A stretch of DNA of 64,000 nt from Callorhinchus milii (GCF_018977255.1 NW_024704743.1:54748001-54812000), one strand, 5' to 3'. Numbered from the stretch's first letter, positions 13,355 to 26,733 are shown. Made by a program: numbers and translations. The notes: generated from the sequence alone by a model not told the origin.

Positions 13355-14120
13355 AACAACAAGATTACAATTGTATAGCGCCTTTCACGTCGGAAGGACG
13401 TCCCAAGGTGCTGGACAGTACAGCATTTCAGACCCAAGCTGGGGTCGGGGGGGAGAGGGGAGGGGAACGGGGTGGCCGATGGCATGGTCGAAGAGGAGGG
13501 TCTTGAGGTGGGACTTGAAGGAGGCTAAGGAGGGGGTGAGGTGGAGTGATTGGAGGATGGAATTCCAGAGGTTGGGGGCAGAGTGACTGAAGGCTCTCCC
13601 GCCAATGGTGGGGCGGGTGGGTTGGGGGACATGGAGCAGGCCAGAGCTGGCTGAGCGGAGGGAGTGGGCGGGTTGATAGGGAGTTAGTAGTTCGCAGAGG
13701 TAGGGTGGGCCGAGGCCATGGAGGGCTTTGTAAGTGAGGACCAGGATCTTGAACTGGATCTTCTGAAAGATAGGGAGCCAAAGGAGTCGTGCGAGAGTGG
13801 GGGAGATGGGGTCAAGGAGTTTGGTGCAGGAGACGACACGGCTTGCAGAGTTCTGGATTATCTGCAGCCTGTGGAGCGAGGAGTTGGGAAGGCCGACAAG
13901 CAGGGCATTTGCATAGTCGAGCCTGGATGTGATGAAGGCATGAACAAGAGTTTCAGCGGCCTGAGGGGTGAGGTAATGGTGGAGTCGAGCGATGTTATGG
14001 AGTTGAGAGAAGCCAGAGCGGGTCATGGGTTGGATGTGGGGAAGAAAAGACAGTTGAGGGTCGAACAAGACACCTTGGCTCCTGACTGGCTTGGTGAGTT
14101 GAAGTGTGCAACCACTTAAG
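13355..14120 (-). mobile_element. L2-clade LINE 3' fragment
   Basis: ORF 13385-14140 has GVLFDPQLSF, ETLVHAFITSRLDYANALL, WLPI, GGRAFSHSAPNLWNS and FKSHLKT, and ends in the tail gcgctatacaa...(TTG)n. Confidence 0.9.
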
Positions 14121-14244
14121 CTCATCCAAAGACTTTTCAAAACTAGGAAAAGTTGGGAAACAGAGGCAAGTAAATAAAGAGTGGTCCAGTATTGTGGTAT
14201 GATCCCAATTTCCTTTTATTTCCCTACAAATTTAATTGAGACCT

Positions 14245-14935
14245 TAAGTTGAGGTCCCATCTGCCTGTTCAACTGGACATTAAAGATCCCATGGCACAAT
14301 TTGAAAAGAAAAGGGAGTTTCTCCCAATGTCATGGCCAATAAATTCCCCAAAATAAAATTAGTCATTCACTTCATGGCTGTTTGTGGGATATTTCTTGAC
14401 CTTATTCCTCCCTAATCCAAATACACCTCAAAAATGCAGTTTAATTTGACTCCTCTAATCATTGATTATGGAAAATTGCTGATAGACTGGCTGCTATTTT
14501 TGCCTACACATTCCAGTTGTCAGCCTGGGTCAGATGTGGCGCTGGTTCAGTACTCTCACTCTAAGTCAGAAGAAAGGTTGAATCCCCATGTTGGGACTTC
14601 AAGATCATAACCTAACCTGACACTCATCCAGTGTTGGGGGGCCCCTCTTTGTCAGAGATGCCATCTTTCAGATGAGATGTTAAACCAAACTTTCATCTGG
14701 CTGTTCAGATGGATACTAAGGATTCCCATAGTACAATTTGAAAAGTGAAGAGAGTTCCTCCCACTCCACCAGCCACCAATCCTCCAGAATAAATTATTCA
14801 CTTCATAGCTATTTATGGAATGTTCCTATGTGTATATTGGCTGCTGTGTTTGCCTACAAATATGCAATCTCTACAATAAACCTTTGAGACATTATTGAAA
14901 TATTGAAATATTGAAACAAATGCAAGTATTATATT
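14245..14935 (+). mobile_element. Two adjacent Deu-domain SINE copies (older family)
   Basis: Repeated body gccatctttcagatgagatgttaaacc...ctgttcag.tgga...gatcccatggcac and Deu-like gctgtttgtggg...ttggctgctgtgtttgcctac. Confidence 0.7.
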
Positions 14936-17279
14936 AAATATGCATTTTATTATTTATTTCCAGATCATCTTATTTTATTGAATCATCAACTTAAGTTCCA
15001 TCTACCTTATAATTCAGGTGACACTAAAAGACATTCCGTGCTGCTATTTCAAAGAAACATGGAGTTTTTCTCCCAGTTATCGTGGTTTATATTCCATCCA
15101 CATCTGCCTCCTTCCCAAATTCAAATACAGTGCTTATTCATCCAATTATTATGTTTGGGACATTGCAAAAGCAAATTATATCTTGCGTTTCCTTGCATAA
15201 AAACTTTCACTTAATTTCTAATTAATTTGAAAAGCGCTTTGAGATATTTTTATGTGCAATTGTCAGTTTTTGTTGAGTTCATTAGAGATTAGATTGGCAC
15301 AGGTAAAAAACTGAGTTGTGTCATGTAAACTGTCATTAACAAGTGATTGCTGATCTCCAACTGAGAGCCGATACCAGTCAAATAATCAGCAAGTTAGTAA
15401 ACCCAACACGTGTGTTTTTTCCATGCATATTCTGCATACCACACTCACATTGTGGAAATTGGTTTAGATATGTTATTTACCATTTATTTTTAGAAAATAG
15501 ATTTGTCAGATTAATTCATGTGCCTACCTTCTGTGTATCTAACCAGGTCTTCAGGAATTCAATAATTTAGCATTTGCACATTGCTTAAAACAGGATCAAA
15601 ATCTTAACCATTAAAATGAAACTAGACAGATTAATGATTTAAGATTATCAATTTATATCTGCCAATTTAACCTTTAAATACTAGCATAAGTCAATGTCAC
15701 TACTGCTGAGGATAAGCTTTGAAGTAGAAACTGTGCTATCCAGTAACCTGATCCCAATTGGCTATAAACCACATGACTTGAAAGGCATTACTCACTCATA
15801 ATAAGCTATTTCATGTGGTTCACCAGAAAGCACTGAAACGTTTAACAGTGCATCTTCAGCAAGAAAAGTGCTCAATAATATATTTATCATGGCCAGGGCA
15901 TAAAAAACATTTCCCTGATAACAGTTTGTACGAATGATTGCATTTTATTCCAACCTACAGCTTTTCGTAAAGTGACAACACATCCTCACAAATGAGTCTC
16001 GTGCAGCTTTGTGCTCTCCAAGAGAATCTATTATAAATTAAGATAAGTGATGTGGCTGGAAAGTAATTATTGGGAATTGCTACAAAGGATTTCATGAATA
16101 AAAGATGCAATTAACATAATGTCTTTCAATTTGCAGCACTGGAAACATCCATTTAGTTTGTTTTACTTTTATAAAATAATATTTACTTTTTGTTCACAAT
16201 ATAAAACAATTTACATTCATATAGCACCTTTCAAGTTGAGAGGACATCTCAAAGTAGTTTACACAGCTGGCTGGGCACCCGACTGGTGGTGGGGGTAGCT
16301 AAAAAGAGTGGGGAGGGGGAAAGATGGCCGAAAGCACAATCAGAGGTAAGTGTTGAGGCAACCTTTGAAAATGGGGAAGGAGGAATTGAGTTGGAGGGAA
16401 TCTGGAATGGAATTTCAGAGAGCGGGGAAAGAATAGCTGAAAGCGAACCCACTGATGGTGGGAATAGAGAAGGAAGTTTCTCCTGGCCAACAATCCCATA
16501 AATAAAGTAGGTCACTCACTTCATGGCTGTTTGTAAGACATTGCTGTGTGCAACTCACTACTGCATTTCACCCACACAAAAAAGTACAGTCAATTCACTT
16601 TACTATCCTGGGAAAAGCTCTGAGATGTTTCAGCAACGTGATGAGATGCTATATCAAATGCAAGGATTATTGTTGTTATTAAATATAGAATTATTATTCC
16701 CAAATACAGAAAAAACAAATACATTAACAATGATAACAAAAACAACAATTTGCATTTAGATAGTGCCAGCAGGACATGTTTATATAAATGTTTGAATTAC
16801 AAATACTGTATTTATGAATTTATAACATTTATGAGTACTTATAAATGGAATACCAATTTACAAAATGAGATAACTTCCATTTGGTTTACTTAGTTCATTT
16901 GAAATACTTTACCTATTTATAATTTTGTGCATTACCTAAACCAAGAGGAGAAGGCAGCAAAGCACTGAACCAAGTATAGGTCATCTTTTGCTGAAGGAAC
17001 ATGAAAAAAATTCAAGATTGCCTGAGAAATACAGATTACATATTTTGAAATGTACTTCTCTCTGCATAAGGGATTATTCATAACATTTTGCATCACAATT
17101 TAGTCTATATGTAGACAATGGTCACTGTGTTTACGTCGGACATCTTTCCAATGTGAAGGGCCCTATACAAGTGTAATTTGTTGTTGTTGTTTGCTTTTCA
17201 TTGCTGTGAATGTTGTGATTTTAGAATCTCATGATTGTCATCATGAAACCACAGTAACCACCATTTATTTTAATAAATA

Positions 17280-17690
17280 ATAATCCCCATTTGCTACAGT
17301 GCCTTTCACGTTGGGAGGATATCTCAAAGTGCTACACAAGATTTACTGTAATGTGTAGTGATTGTGTATTTTGTTGGCAGACAATTTGCACTTAGCAATG
17401 TCCCACAAACAGCCATGAAATGAATGACCAACTTTATCTGGGGGATTGTTGTCCAGAAAACCAGGAGAAACTCATTTATCTTTCTGAAAGGAGCTATGGG
17501 ATCTTTAATATCTACCTGAGCTTTAGTTTAAAGTCTCATCTGAAGGATGGCACCCCCAGCATTCCAAGACACCCTAGCATTGCACCAGAGTGTCAATCTA
17601 GACAAACAGGTTAAACATTTTAACTTGGGGCTTGAACCCACCACCTCCTGACTCAGAGGCGAGAGTGCTATCATTTGAACGAGATGGACA
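17280..17690 (-). mobile_element. Deu-domain SINE (older family)
   Basis: Reverse complement of the same family: tail, gcaatgtcccacaaacagcc, ctcatctgaaggatggcac and a tRNA-like head (ggggcttgaaccc...actcagaggcgagagtgcta). Confidence 0.75.
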
Positions 17691-17879
17691 CAGGCCGTTT
17701 CTGAACAGAAAGGTGAAGTTTATGCAGAACATCTTGCCGAGAAGAAATGGAAACAGCTAAAGAACATGTGCATAATGCAATTTGTTATGTGATAATTAAT
17801 TGGTGATAATTATCACATTGGGAATATTCTTTTATTAGAAATGCCCCTTTAGATACTTCTGGGAAATAGCTCTTCTGAC

Positions 17880-18410
17880 AACAACAACAAATTACATTTG
17901 TATAGCGCCTTTCACGTCAGGACAACGTCCCAAGGAGCTGGACAGTCAGGGACTTGGAACCGAGCAGGCGATTTGGATCAGGAGGGCTGGAGGGCACGGA
18001 GGGTAGGATAGTTTCTTCTCGGTCAAAGAAGAGGTCTTGAGACGTACCTTGAAGGAGTGAGGCAAAGGGACTGTGGGATAGAGTTTCAAAGGGTGGGGGC
18101 AGAGAGGCTGAAAGCTCGACTGTCAATGGTGGGCCAGGCTGGGCGGGGATGTGGAGCAGGCTGGAGTCCTCTGAGCGGAGGTAGCGGATAGGTTGATATG
18201 GGATTAGCAGGTCTTTAAAGGTGAGGGCTTTGAAGACGAGGACAAGGATTTTAAACTCTATCCTCTGGGGATGGGGAATCAGTGGAGCCAGTCGAGGGTG
18301 GGGGTGATAGGGTCATGGAGCCTGATGAGGGAGAGGACACGAGCTGCATAATTCTGAATGATCTGCAGCTTGTGGAGGGAAGAGTTGGGAGTTGGCGTAG
18401 TCGAGCTTAC
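17880..18410 (-). mobile_element. L2 LINE 3' fragment
   Basis: (CAA)n tail, tatagcgcctttcacgtcaggac, and L2 ORF2 3' sequence as at 13355. Confidence 0.8.
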
Positions 18411-18429
18411 ATGAAACACAAGATACCAA

Positions 18430-18830
18430 ACTTTGCCACCAGTGTTCTCACCCGTACCAGGCGATGCACCCCATCACCCCAGTTCTTGCCAACCTCCACT
18501 GGCTCCCTGTTGCAGAATGAATGGATTGAAAATCCTCACTCACTTTCAAATCACTTCCCACCCTGGCACCTCCCTCTCCAATCTGTTCACACCCCACTCC
18601 TTCACCTGCCACCTTTGCTCACATGTCTCAAGTCGGTCTGCACATCCCTCATCCCCTCCACTCCACCACAGTGCCCAGTGCAGCTCTGAATCTCTGGAAC
18701 TACCTGCCTGAAGTCCTCTATCTTGCCTCCTCTTTTTGCCCAACTTTAAATCACAACTAAAGAGATTCCTTCTTCTCTGAGATGCTTCCTGGATTAAGGA
18801 TATTATATGAATCCAAGTTATTGTTGTTGA
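18430..18830 (+). mobile_element. Decayed L2 LINE 3' fragment, inverted relative to the adjacent copy
   Basis: ccccatcaccccagttcttgccaacctccactggctccctg (PITPVLANLHWLP), ctctggaac and tail aatccaagttattgttgttg. Confidence 0.7.
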
Positions 18831-19514
18831 TCTTATGATTTAGTCTGGTCTGAGCCTTCAGCCTGCTGCCTTGCAATTCCCAACATTTCACTGCCTATTC
18901 AGATATAATATTCAGTCAATTTTAAATACTCAGGAATGGGCACATTACATGAAAAATGGATAGCTTTAAAGACACCCTTGTCATAAATGTTGAGAGGTTT
19001 ATACCTAAGAGTGACGGTCGCCATAAATCATGAAGAAAATGGGCACTATTTTTGATGCACAGTCCCTGTAGATCATCAGGAATCCATCCTCCAATAGCAA
19101 AACAAATGAATTCAGCAGACAGTTATCTCTTGCATTGCCGAGAATATGGATGTCTAGAGGCACAAGCCAACAGCCCACAGATTTAGAAACATGATTTAGG
19201 TATGCAGGTATTGAATTACAATATAAATGAAATTAACTGGTTGAACATATGCAAGGCATAAAATAGCAAGCATCTGCCTGTCATTTAGATTCAGCATAAA
19301 TGCGATGCTTCTGCATGCCTCCGTCATTATTGAACATATAAAAAACTGAATGGACAACAAAGTGCCCAAGTCCATTCACATGAACAAGGTCAAAACTCAA
19401 AATTTCACAAACAAATTCAAAGTTATCCACACACAAGATTTCATTTGGGGTTCAAAGTGTAATGTGATTAATACAATATTTGTAGCATACCTTAGCTGCA
19501 TGAAAGTGAGAAGT

Positions 19515-19960
19515 ACAACAACAAGATTCCATTTATTGAGTGCCTTTCACGTCGGGAGGACGTCCCAAGGCGCTGTACAGTTGGGTCAGGGCCCGAGCAG
19601 GGGGGAAATGGTCAGGGTGAGGGGAGGGAAGGGAGGGAGCGAGGAGGGGGTAGAGAGTCGAGAGGGGAGCTGAAGGCACGGTCAAAGAGAAAGGTCTTGA
19701 GACCGGCCTTGAAAGAGGAAAGGGAGGAGGCGGCGAAGGCACTGGGGGATAGAGTTCCAGAGCCTCGGGGCTGAGAGGCTGAAGGCCCGACCACCGATGG
19801 TAGGGAGGTTGGGGCGGGGGATGTGGAGCAGACCGGAGCCAGAGGAACGGAGGGTACGGGCAGGTAGGTAGGGGGATAGTAGGTCGGAGAGGTAGGAGGG
19901 AGCAAGGCCATGAAAGGCCTTGTAGATGAGGGTGAGGAGAGAATTGTATGCCAGCAGTTG
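19515..19960 (-). mobile_element. L2 LINE 3' fragment
   Basis: YKAFHGLAPSYLSDLL...RTLRSS...GGRAFSLSAPRLWNSIP plus the L2 tail. Confidence 0.88.
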
Positions 19961-21289
19961 GGGAAGAAAAGAAGCCCTGTAAATTATCTGGACTGATGTT
20001 GCACCGTGCATTTATTGTTCCTGCCATTTATTTAAAGAAACCCTGTGGATTGTAAAGCAATTTACCAGCTCAAAACTGCTCTCCAACTAATTGGAAACTA
20101 TTTCTCAGAAACATTAGCTTGACATTTTGTAGTGAACAGATGCATCAATCTAACCAATTATATTTTCTGCTTCGCTTTGCTGGGTATGCTGCCAAATGAT
20201 CAACATTTGATCCAGTTTACACAAGATTTAGTTTTGCATTATTGTTTGCATAACTTTGTTTGCATGAAACAATAAAAATGAAAGCAAACATGGACACTGC
20301 ATTGTTTTTTTACATCCTCCCTTCATTATTTGAGTTCTCATTTACGCTCATTATCTTTTTGGCAACAGCAAGATATCTGAGACATTTTCACAGAAATGTA
20401 ATGCAAAAGACTGACACAGCAGAAGCTATTTGAGACCACTGAGGTGCCACATGTATTTCACAGCTAATAGCTGTGGGAAGATATAAGTACTCGCCAACAC
20501 AGTTAATCTGATTAATTGAATCATTAAGAACAATTTTCTTTACTGCAGAATGATTCTTGTATGTAATTTTTCTTGGTGTGCCCAGACGATTTGAGAGCTC
20601 TAGAACAAATTCCCTCTTTTGTCAGTTGTTGGATCCTGATAGTATAAATGATAAGTGCTTTGATCTCAGCAAAGACTGAAAGTAGCAAACAACTACCTCC
20701 CAATTTCTTGTGTTTTGAATAAACCACAAACACGCAGTACTTAATAAATGATGGCCACTTTACAAAGGTCTAAGATAATAATAGGCAGATTACTGTGATT
20801 TAAGTTATTCAAACATAATAACCAACTAATAATTCCAGAGTAGTCGGTATTTGACACTTTCAGTGTGTTAAATAAACACCAGCCTTCAATGTTAGTTGAA
20901 CAGTCAATAAGTTAGCAGACTACCAACACTTTAGATTATTGATTAGTATTTCCAGAAACAAAAAAATACACTGAGCCGGCAAACAAAATAGTAACGTGAT
21001 CTAACTGCAGGTGCAGCTTGAGGAACGTGTTTGTCTTTGTCTGAACTTTGATTAAAGTCAAAGTACATCAGCAGAAATGCACAAATACAATGGCTTTCTT
21101 TATTCACTCCACAAGGATGTTCCACTTGATGAAATGTTTCCAGGATAAAACAGTTAAGCTGATAGCATGGCTTACTGTACACTTTTCAATTCTTGCTTTC
21201 TGTAATGGTTGCAATTCAGTGTGCTAACTTTTGGTGTTGTTGCCCAATGTTCCAATCATTCTACATTTCAGAATGATTCACGCAACAAG

Positions 21290-21575
21290 CACAGGCCTGC
21301 TTCATGTGCCCTGCCTTATCTGCCCACAACTGGTGGGCAGGCTTTCAGCCATTCTGTCACTGTTCTCTGGAACTCCCTTCCAGAATCCCTTCAAATCGTT
21401 CCCTCCCTCATCTCTTTCAAGGCACGACTCAAAACTTACTTTTTGATGCTTTTGGTCATCTTTCTCCTGCTCATCGCTGTCATCTGTCAACCCCATCTCA
21501 GGGGTCCATCCAGCTCTGTGAAAAGCTTTGAGACGTCCTCCCAATGTGAAAGACACAATATAAATGTAAATTCTA
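21290..21575 (+). mobile_element. Short L2 3' fragment
   Basis: GGQAFSHSVTVLWNSLP...SFKARLKT plus the tail. Confidence 0.75.
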
Positions 21576-22048
21576 CTGTATTGTACAGCTCCCTTTTTCT
21601 AAAAAGGAAGAGCAATTTTAAAGTTCATTACAATGTCAAAACCCTTTGCGTAATTGTAGGTAAATGTGCAAAACAAGGGGGAAATAAAGCCATAATAATA
21701 TAATCCTTGCATTTAATACAGTGCTTTATCACGTCATTGAGATTCCTCAAATTGCTTACACAATATATTGTAAAGTGAATTCTGTGGGCGAAACGTGGCA
21801 ATGATCAATTAATCTGGAAGGCTGTTGGCAGACACTGGAAGAAACTCCTTTCAAATACTTAATGGGATTTTTGACATACACCTAAAGAACAGGATTCAGG
21901 TTTATTATTTCATCAACAGGACTATGCCTCCAGCAAAGCAGCATTTCTAAAGTACTGCACTGGAGCATCAGTTTTGATAATGAGTTCAAATCCTAACATG
22001 ATGGTTTGAAAACATACATTTCTGAAACAGAAGTTTCCAACTGAGCCA

Positions 22049-22380
22049 GGAGTCCTGTAGCTCAGTGGTTAGAGCACTCGCTTTGCAAGCGAGAGACCTG
22101 AGTTCAATCCCAGGCAGGTCAGGGTGAAACCTTGGGCAAGTTTCCTTACTCCACACAGAGCCTAATAATAATCCCTCCAATACCAAAAACAATAATAAAA
22201 AATTGGTCATTTTCAATCTACGACTGTTTGTGGGACATTGCTGTGTGCAATTGGCTGCCGCGTTCGCCCACAAATATACAGTCAATTCACTTTACAGTGT
22301 GTTCTGTGAAGCGCTTTGGGACGTCCTTCCGACGTGAAAAGCGCTATATCAAATGCAAGGATTATTATTTTTATTATTAT
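22049..22380 (+). mobile_element. Full-length young tRNA(Ala)-derived SINE
   Basis: A box tagctcagtgg, anticodon arm CTCGC-TTTGCAA-GCGAG (TGC = Ala), B box gagttcaatcc, ccttgggcaagttt CORE-like segment, Deu-like segment, L2-type tail and (TTA)n end. Confidence 0.92.
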
Positions 22381-23434
22381 CTTGGGAATGTGAGTCATTG
22401 CAGTTTGACAGTACAATACAATTTATACATAAAGCTCCATTCACATCAGGAGGACATTCTTTAGGAGCTTGATATTCTGTCTGAGAACAAGAGCTGAGGG
22501 TGGGAGCTGAGGGAAGGGGAATGATGACTGAAAGTGTGATCCAAGTGGTACATTTTGAGATGTACATTGAAAGAGGGGAGGGAACAAGCAAGACTGGACC
22601 TGGGAATGGGTTTCTAGAGAGTCGGTCAGGGAGATAGAGCAAAGGACGTGGAATAGGTCAATTTTGGCTGAGTGACTCCTGTTGATAGCTGGAAGTGTGT
22701 CATGCTAATCTGCAGGAACGTTGCTCTGACATACTCTACTTTGATTTTGCTGTTCCCGTGCATTTTTGGTTGATTTGACAGACTGGATACTGCTTTGAGC
22801 TGCTGGTTGTGAATCCAGGTAACAAAAACCACATTTATCAAGCTCTCTTTATCTTATACTTCTAAGTAAGCTACGGTTACCAGCAAAAGTTTGAGCAAAT
22901 GATCTGAGTTGCATCCCCTGCAGTCTTCTGTTTTTTAGTGCTTCATATACAACTGTAATTTGTTTCATCCTTTCTATCAAAATATTTATACCAGCTCAAC
23001 ATTAACTAATGAAATATTTATTCCATAATCTTAGATACAAACACTGCTTGGAATTTACAGATGTGGACTGAACACAATTTACCCTGCTGAGTTTAATTGA
23101 ACTAAATCCAAGACAAGCAGTAATATCAGCTGTGGAGATCAGCATAAACATTTATTGTGGTATGTGCCAAAAAGATTGGTTGCGTTTTGGCAGCTATGAT
23201 CTGACTGGATTTGATGAGCCCATACTTGCTACCGAACCAAACATATCATTGCTACATTCCACTCGCTCCCTGACCTGCAATGAGCAATTTCATAATTCTT
23301 ATTTTCAAATGTTATCACTGCTTCATTTTATCCTAACTGTGCCGTCTTTGCCAACTCTTTGTCCTAATTGCATTCTCCATTCTTCTGATTCTGGTCTGTT
23401 GCAGTACTATGCTCCATGAAATACTGATCCTATG

Positions 23435-23910
23435 TGTGTCAGCCTGGCTCAGTTGGTAGCACTTTGCCATGAAAAAGACCTTTCTTTTTGACCGCGCCTT
23501 TGGTCACCTTCCTCCCCCTCCCCCTGGCTTGGTCCCAGGATCCATTACTGTAAAGCGCTCTGAGACGCCGTCCGACATGGAGGGCACCATATAAATCCAA
23601 GTTGTTGTTGTTGTTGTTGTGGGTTGTGAGTTCAAGCCCCATGTCAGGATTTGGAACTCATGTAGGTTATCTCTCCTGGACAGTGCTGAGGGTGCATTGT
23701 TGGAGGTGCCATCCTTCAGATGAGGTTTTAAACCGAGGGCCCATGACACAACTTGAAAAGAGAAATAATTCATTTAATGGCTGTTTGTGGGACATTGCTC
23801 TGCGCAAATTGCATGCAGTTGCCTACAAAATAGTTACTGCCATTTATAGTGGAATGTAGATGCTCTGATGTGCTTTATGATGTCCTCCTGACATGAAAGG
23901 CTCTATATGA
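23435..23910 (+). mobile_element. Older-family SINE interrupted by an L2 3' end (about 23476-23620)
   Basis: Head tggctcagttggtagcact is separated from gttcaagcccc and the body by an L2 tail ending in (TTG)n. Confidence 0.7.
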
Positions 23911-24340
23911 AATTTTAGTATTTTTGTTAATCCTTCAGCTACTCCTGTCCTCTAGAACTCACTTTTAAAACAATTTTGCCCTCCTACATCTCTCTCTCTC
24001 TGCTTTCAAAAAATATCTAAAAATGGGCTGCTGCAGTTGCCTACAAAATACATAGTCACTGAACTTTATACTTTAAGACATTCCTCTATGTGAATAGTGT
24101 GCAATATAAATCTGCATGCTGTGGTAATCTCTTTCATTACTGAGTTTTCAGACTTTGATTTACTTACGAGGCCAACGTTCTAGTCTTGATATTGAGTTTC
24201 TCTGAAAATGCAAATTCATAAAATATGTTCCAGCCATCACAAAAGTAGACACAAAATAACTTTGAAGTACAATGAAAAACCATAGCACAACACCAGAAAT
24301 AGGGCTGTTCGGCCCATCATGGTACAGACACAATAATAAG

Positions 24341-25215
24341 TGTGTCAGTCTGGCTCAGTTCAGAGCACACTTGCCTCTGAGTCAGAATGTTATGATAATA
24401 ATAATAATCCTTACATTTGGTATAGCGCCTTATCACGTCTTCAAAACATCTCAAAGCGTTTCACAGAATATACTGTAAAAAGTAGTGACTGTGTATTCAA
24501 GCCTCAACTCGGGATTTAAACTCACATTGACGCTCCAGTGCAATGCTTGGGGGTTTCATTATCGCAGGTGCCGTACTTCTGATGAGATGTTAAACCTAAG
24601 TCTTGTCTGCCTGTTCAGGGCAATGATAAAGATCCCATGGCACTATTCATAAAGAGAAGGAAGTTTCTCTTGATGTCCTGGCAAACAATCCCCAAAATAA
24701 TTTGGATGCCTGGAATATACGCAGTTCCTTTGTGACTTTGTGACTCAGAGGCAAGATGAGTCAGGCTGTGGATTCATGCATGACATCATGACTTTGGGCT
24801 CATAGTTTAGGCTGACACTCCAGTCTAGTCGTGGGGGGACGTTGTGTTGTTGGAGGTGCCGTCCTTTGGATGAGCCATTGAAAACAAGGTTCTGTCTGCC
24901 TGTTCACATGGATGTTAAAGATTGTATGACACTAGGGATATTTATATGAATAGGGATGTTTCTCCCAGTTTCCTGACCTACTGCTTTCCAGCATCTTGGG
25001 ACGACCTCCCGACATTAAAGGCATTATGCAAGTGTAATTTTATTGTTGCAGTTGTTCTACAATCCCCCAAGATAAAATTGCCGTTCACTGGATGATTATT
25101 TGTGGGACATTGCTGTGGGCAAATGAGCTGCCACATTTTTGTACTCTAAAGTAAATCCTGTGCTTTGAGATGTTCAGTGACTTAAGGCATTATGTCAAAT
25201 AGAAGGATTATTATA
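24341..25215 (+). mobile_element. Two older-family SINE copies; the first is interrupted by an inverted SINE tail (about 24392-24496)
   Basis: Heads and bodies as at 14245 and 23435. The inverted tail ataatccttacatttggtatagcgcc...cacagaatatactgtaa lies inside the first head. Confidence 0.7.
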
Positions 25216-25926
25216 ATATGAGTCTGCAGCACTGGAAGAATGTTAAACATGCTTATGCATGTGCTCTCATTGCCCTAAATCCAAGTCAGAATCACATTTG
25301 TGGACATCATTTTCAGATGGAGGATTAAGTAGCATGAACCACCCCGAGGGTATAATTACCCAAGCCAACGGAGCATTTCTGCTCAAAATAATAATTTAAA
25401 AATAGTTTTTAAATTCTGTGAAATAAACAACATTTTTTTCAAAAGAAAGCACCTCTAGGGTGGACATTCTACTGTTAATCCTTGCAAAAACATAAATAGA
25501 AATAAACAGTGGCAGATTGTTAACAGATTGTATTCACAAACAAATACTCTATGTTTATCACTTCTTTGCGTACTCCTGCTTTTGGGAAACCAAAGTGAAA
25601 AAAACTAATAAGAAGAGAAAAAAGCACAATGTAGCTTGTTATGACCTTATTAATAGTGATTAACAAAATCACTGCAGCATCCTGCCCAAACATAAAATTA
25701 GTAACAATTTTTGATTCTAAGTAGGAGCTGAGCATTGAGAACAGTAAATTGTAAAGCAATTTTGCAACAGAAAACGATGGTGTAGCTGGCAGTTGTTCTG
25801 TGACAACGTCTCGCAGCGGCTGCCGGACCCAGAACACCCCCCAACCCCCCCCACCCCACTTGGGATAAGGGGGGAGGGCTCACCCCCCCCACACACACAC
25901 CCCCCCCCCCCACACACACACACACT

Positions 25927-26040
25927 GCCCCGCCCTGCCAGCCCTGCCTGGCCAACCCCAGCCCTGCCTGGCCAACCCCAGCCCTGCCCAGCCCTGCCTG
26001 GCCAACCCCTGCCCTGCCCAGCCCTACCCAGCCCCTGCCC
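25927..26040. repeat. C-rich minisatellite (ccctgccagccctgcctggccaacccc variants), unit 1, short
   Basis: Directly visible; about 0.1 kb. Confidence 0.9.
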
Positions 26041-26733
26041 CTTTGTCTCCTGCCCTCTCAGAGCAGCGTAGCCCAGAGAGAGAGAGAGAGCCCCACCCCC
26101 CCACCCCAGCTTGAGCCAAGCTCAGCTTTAACCAGTGCTGCTCCAGGCGACACTATACCCCGAGTTACAGTCACTACACCCAATAGTCAGTCAGTACACC
26201 CGAAGACAAATCCGTTCTGAAGTTATTCTTATTGATCTCTGAATTCCGGTTTGTGAATGTCCAGAAATTGATAACTAATCATTTTCCCCAAATTAACAGC
26301 TGATTTGCCCCCACCCTCCAGCAACGCCCCCCCCCCCCCCCCCCCTCCCCACCGCCCCTCGCTGCCACACGGCTCCATGATCCTGACTGACCGGGGCTTA
26401 ATCTGGTTAAACTAAAGCCCTAGGGATCCGCACCCCAGCTGGTGGCTGGGGTCAGCAGGGCGGGGAGGGCCAAGGGTAGGAGGGTGACCAAAGAAACGGG
26501 TCGAAGAGGAGGGTCTTGAGATGGGTCTTGAAAGAGGTGAGGCAAACTTCACTCCTGCTCCAAGCGTATATCCGAGGGATGACCAGCCTCTCACCATCAG
26601 AGGGTTAAATTCAATTTGTGCTAATTAGTCAATCAATGTCACGGAATGACACAGGCTTGACAGCGGGGAGAGTGACTGACACTGAAATCGCCCTGACTGT
26701 AAGACTTTCAGACTTGTTTCTGCCCTGCAACTA

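Noticed and set aside
22049..22125. tRNA-Ala(TGC) genes (also 27576, 32335, 36982, 44318, 46395)
   Set aside because: They are SINE heads that continue into the repeat body, with no proper acceptor stem or oligo-T terminator.
25820..25885. Twister-ribozyme-like words (gccggaccca ... ggataagggggaggg)
   Set aside because: The conserved UAA cleavage loop and the GGUCCCAAGCCC stem-loop are absent; likely G/C low-complexity coincidence. A cmsearch would settle it.
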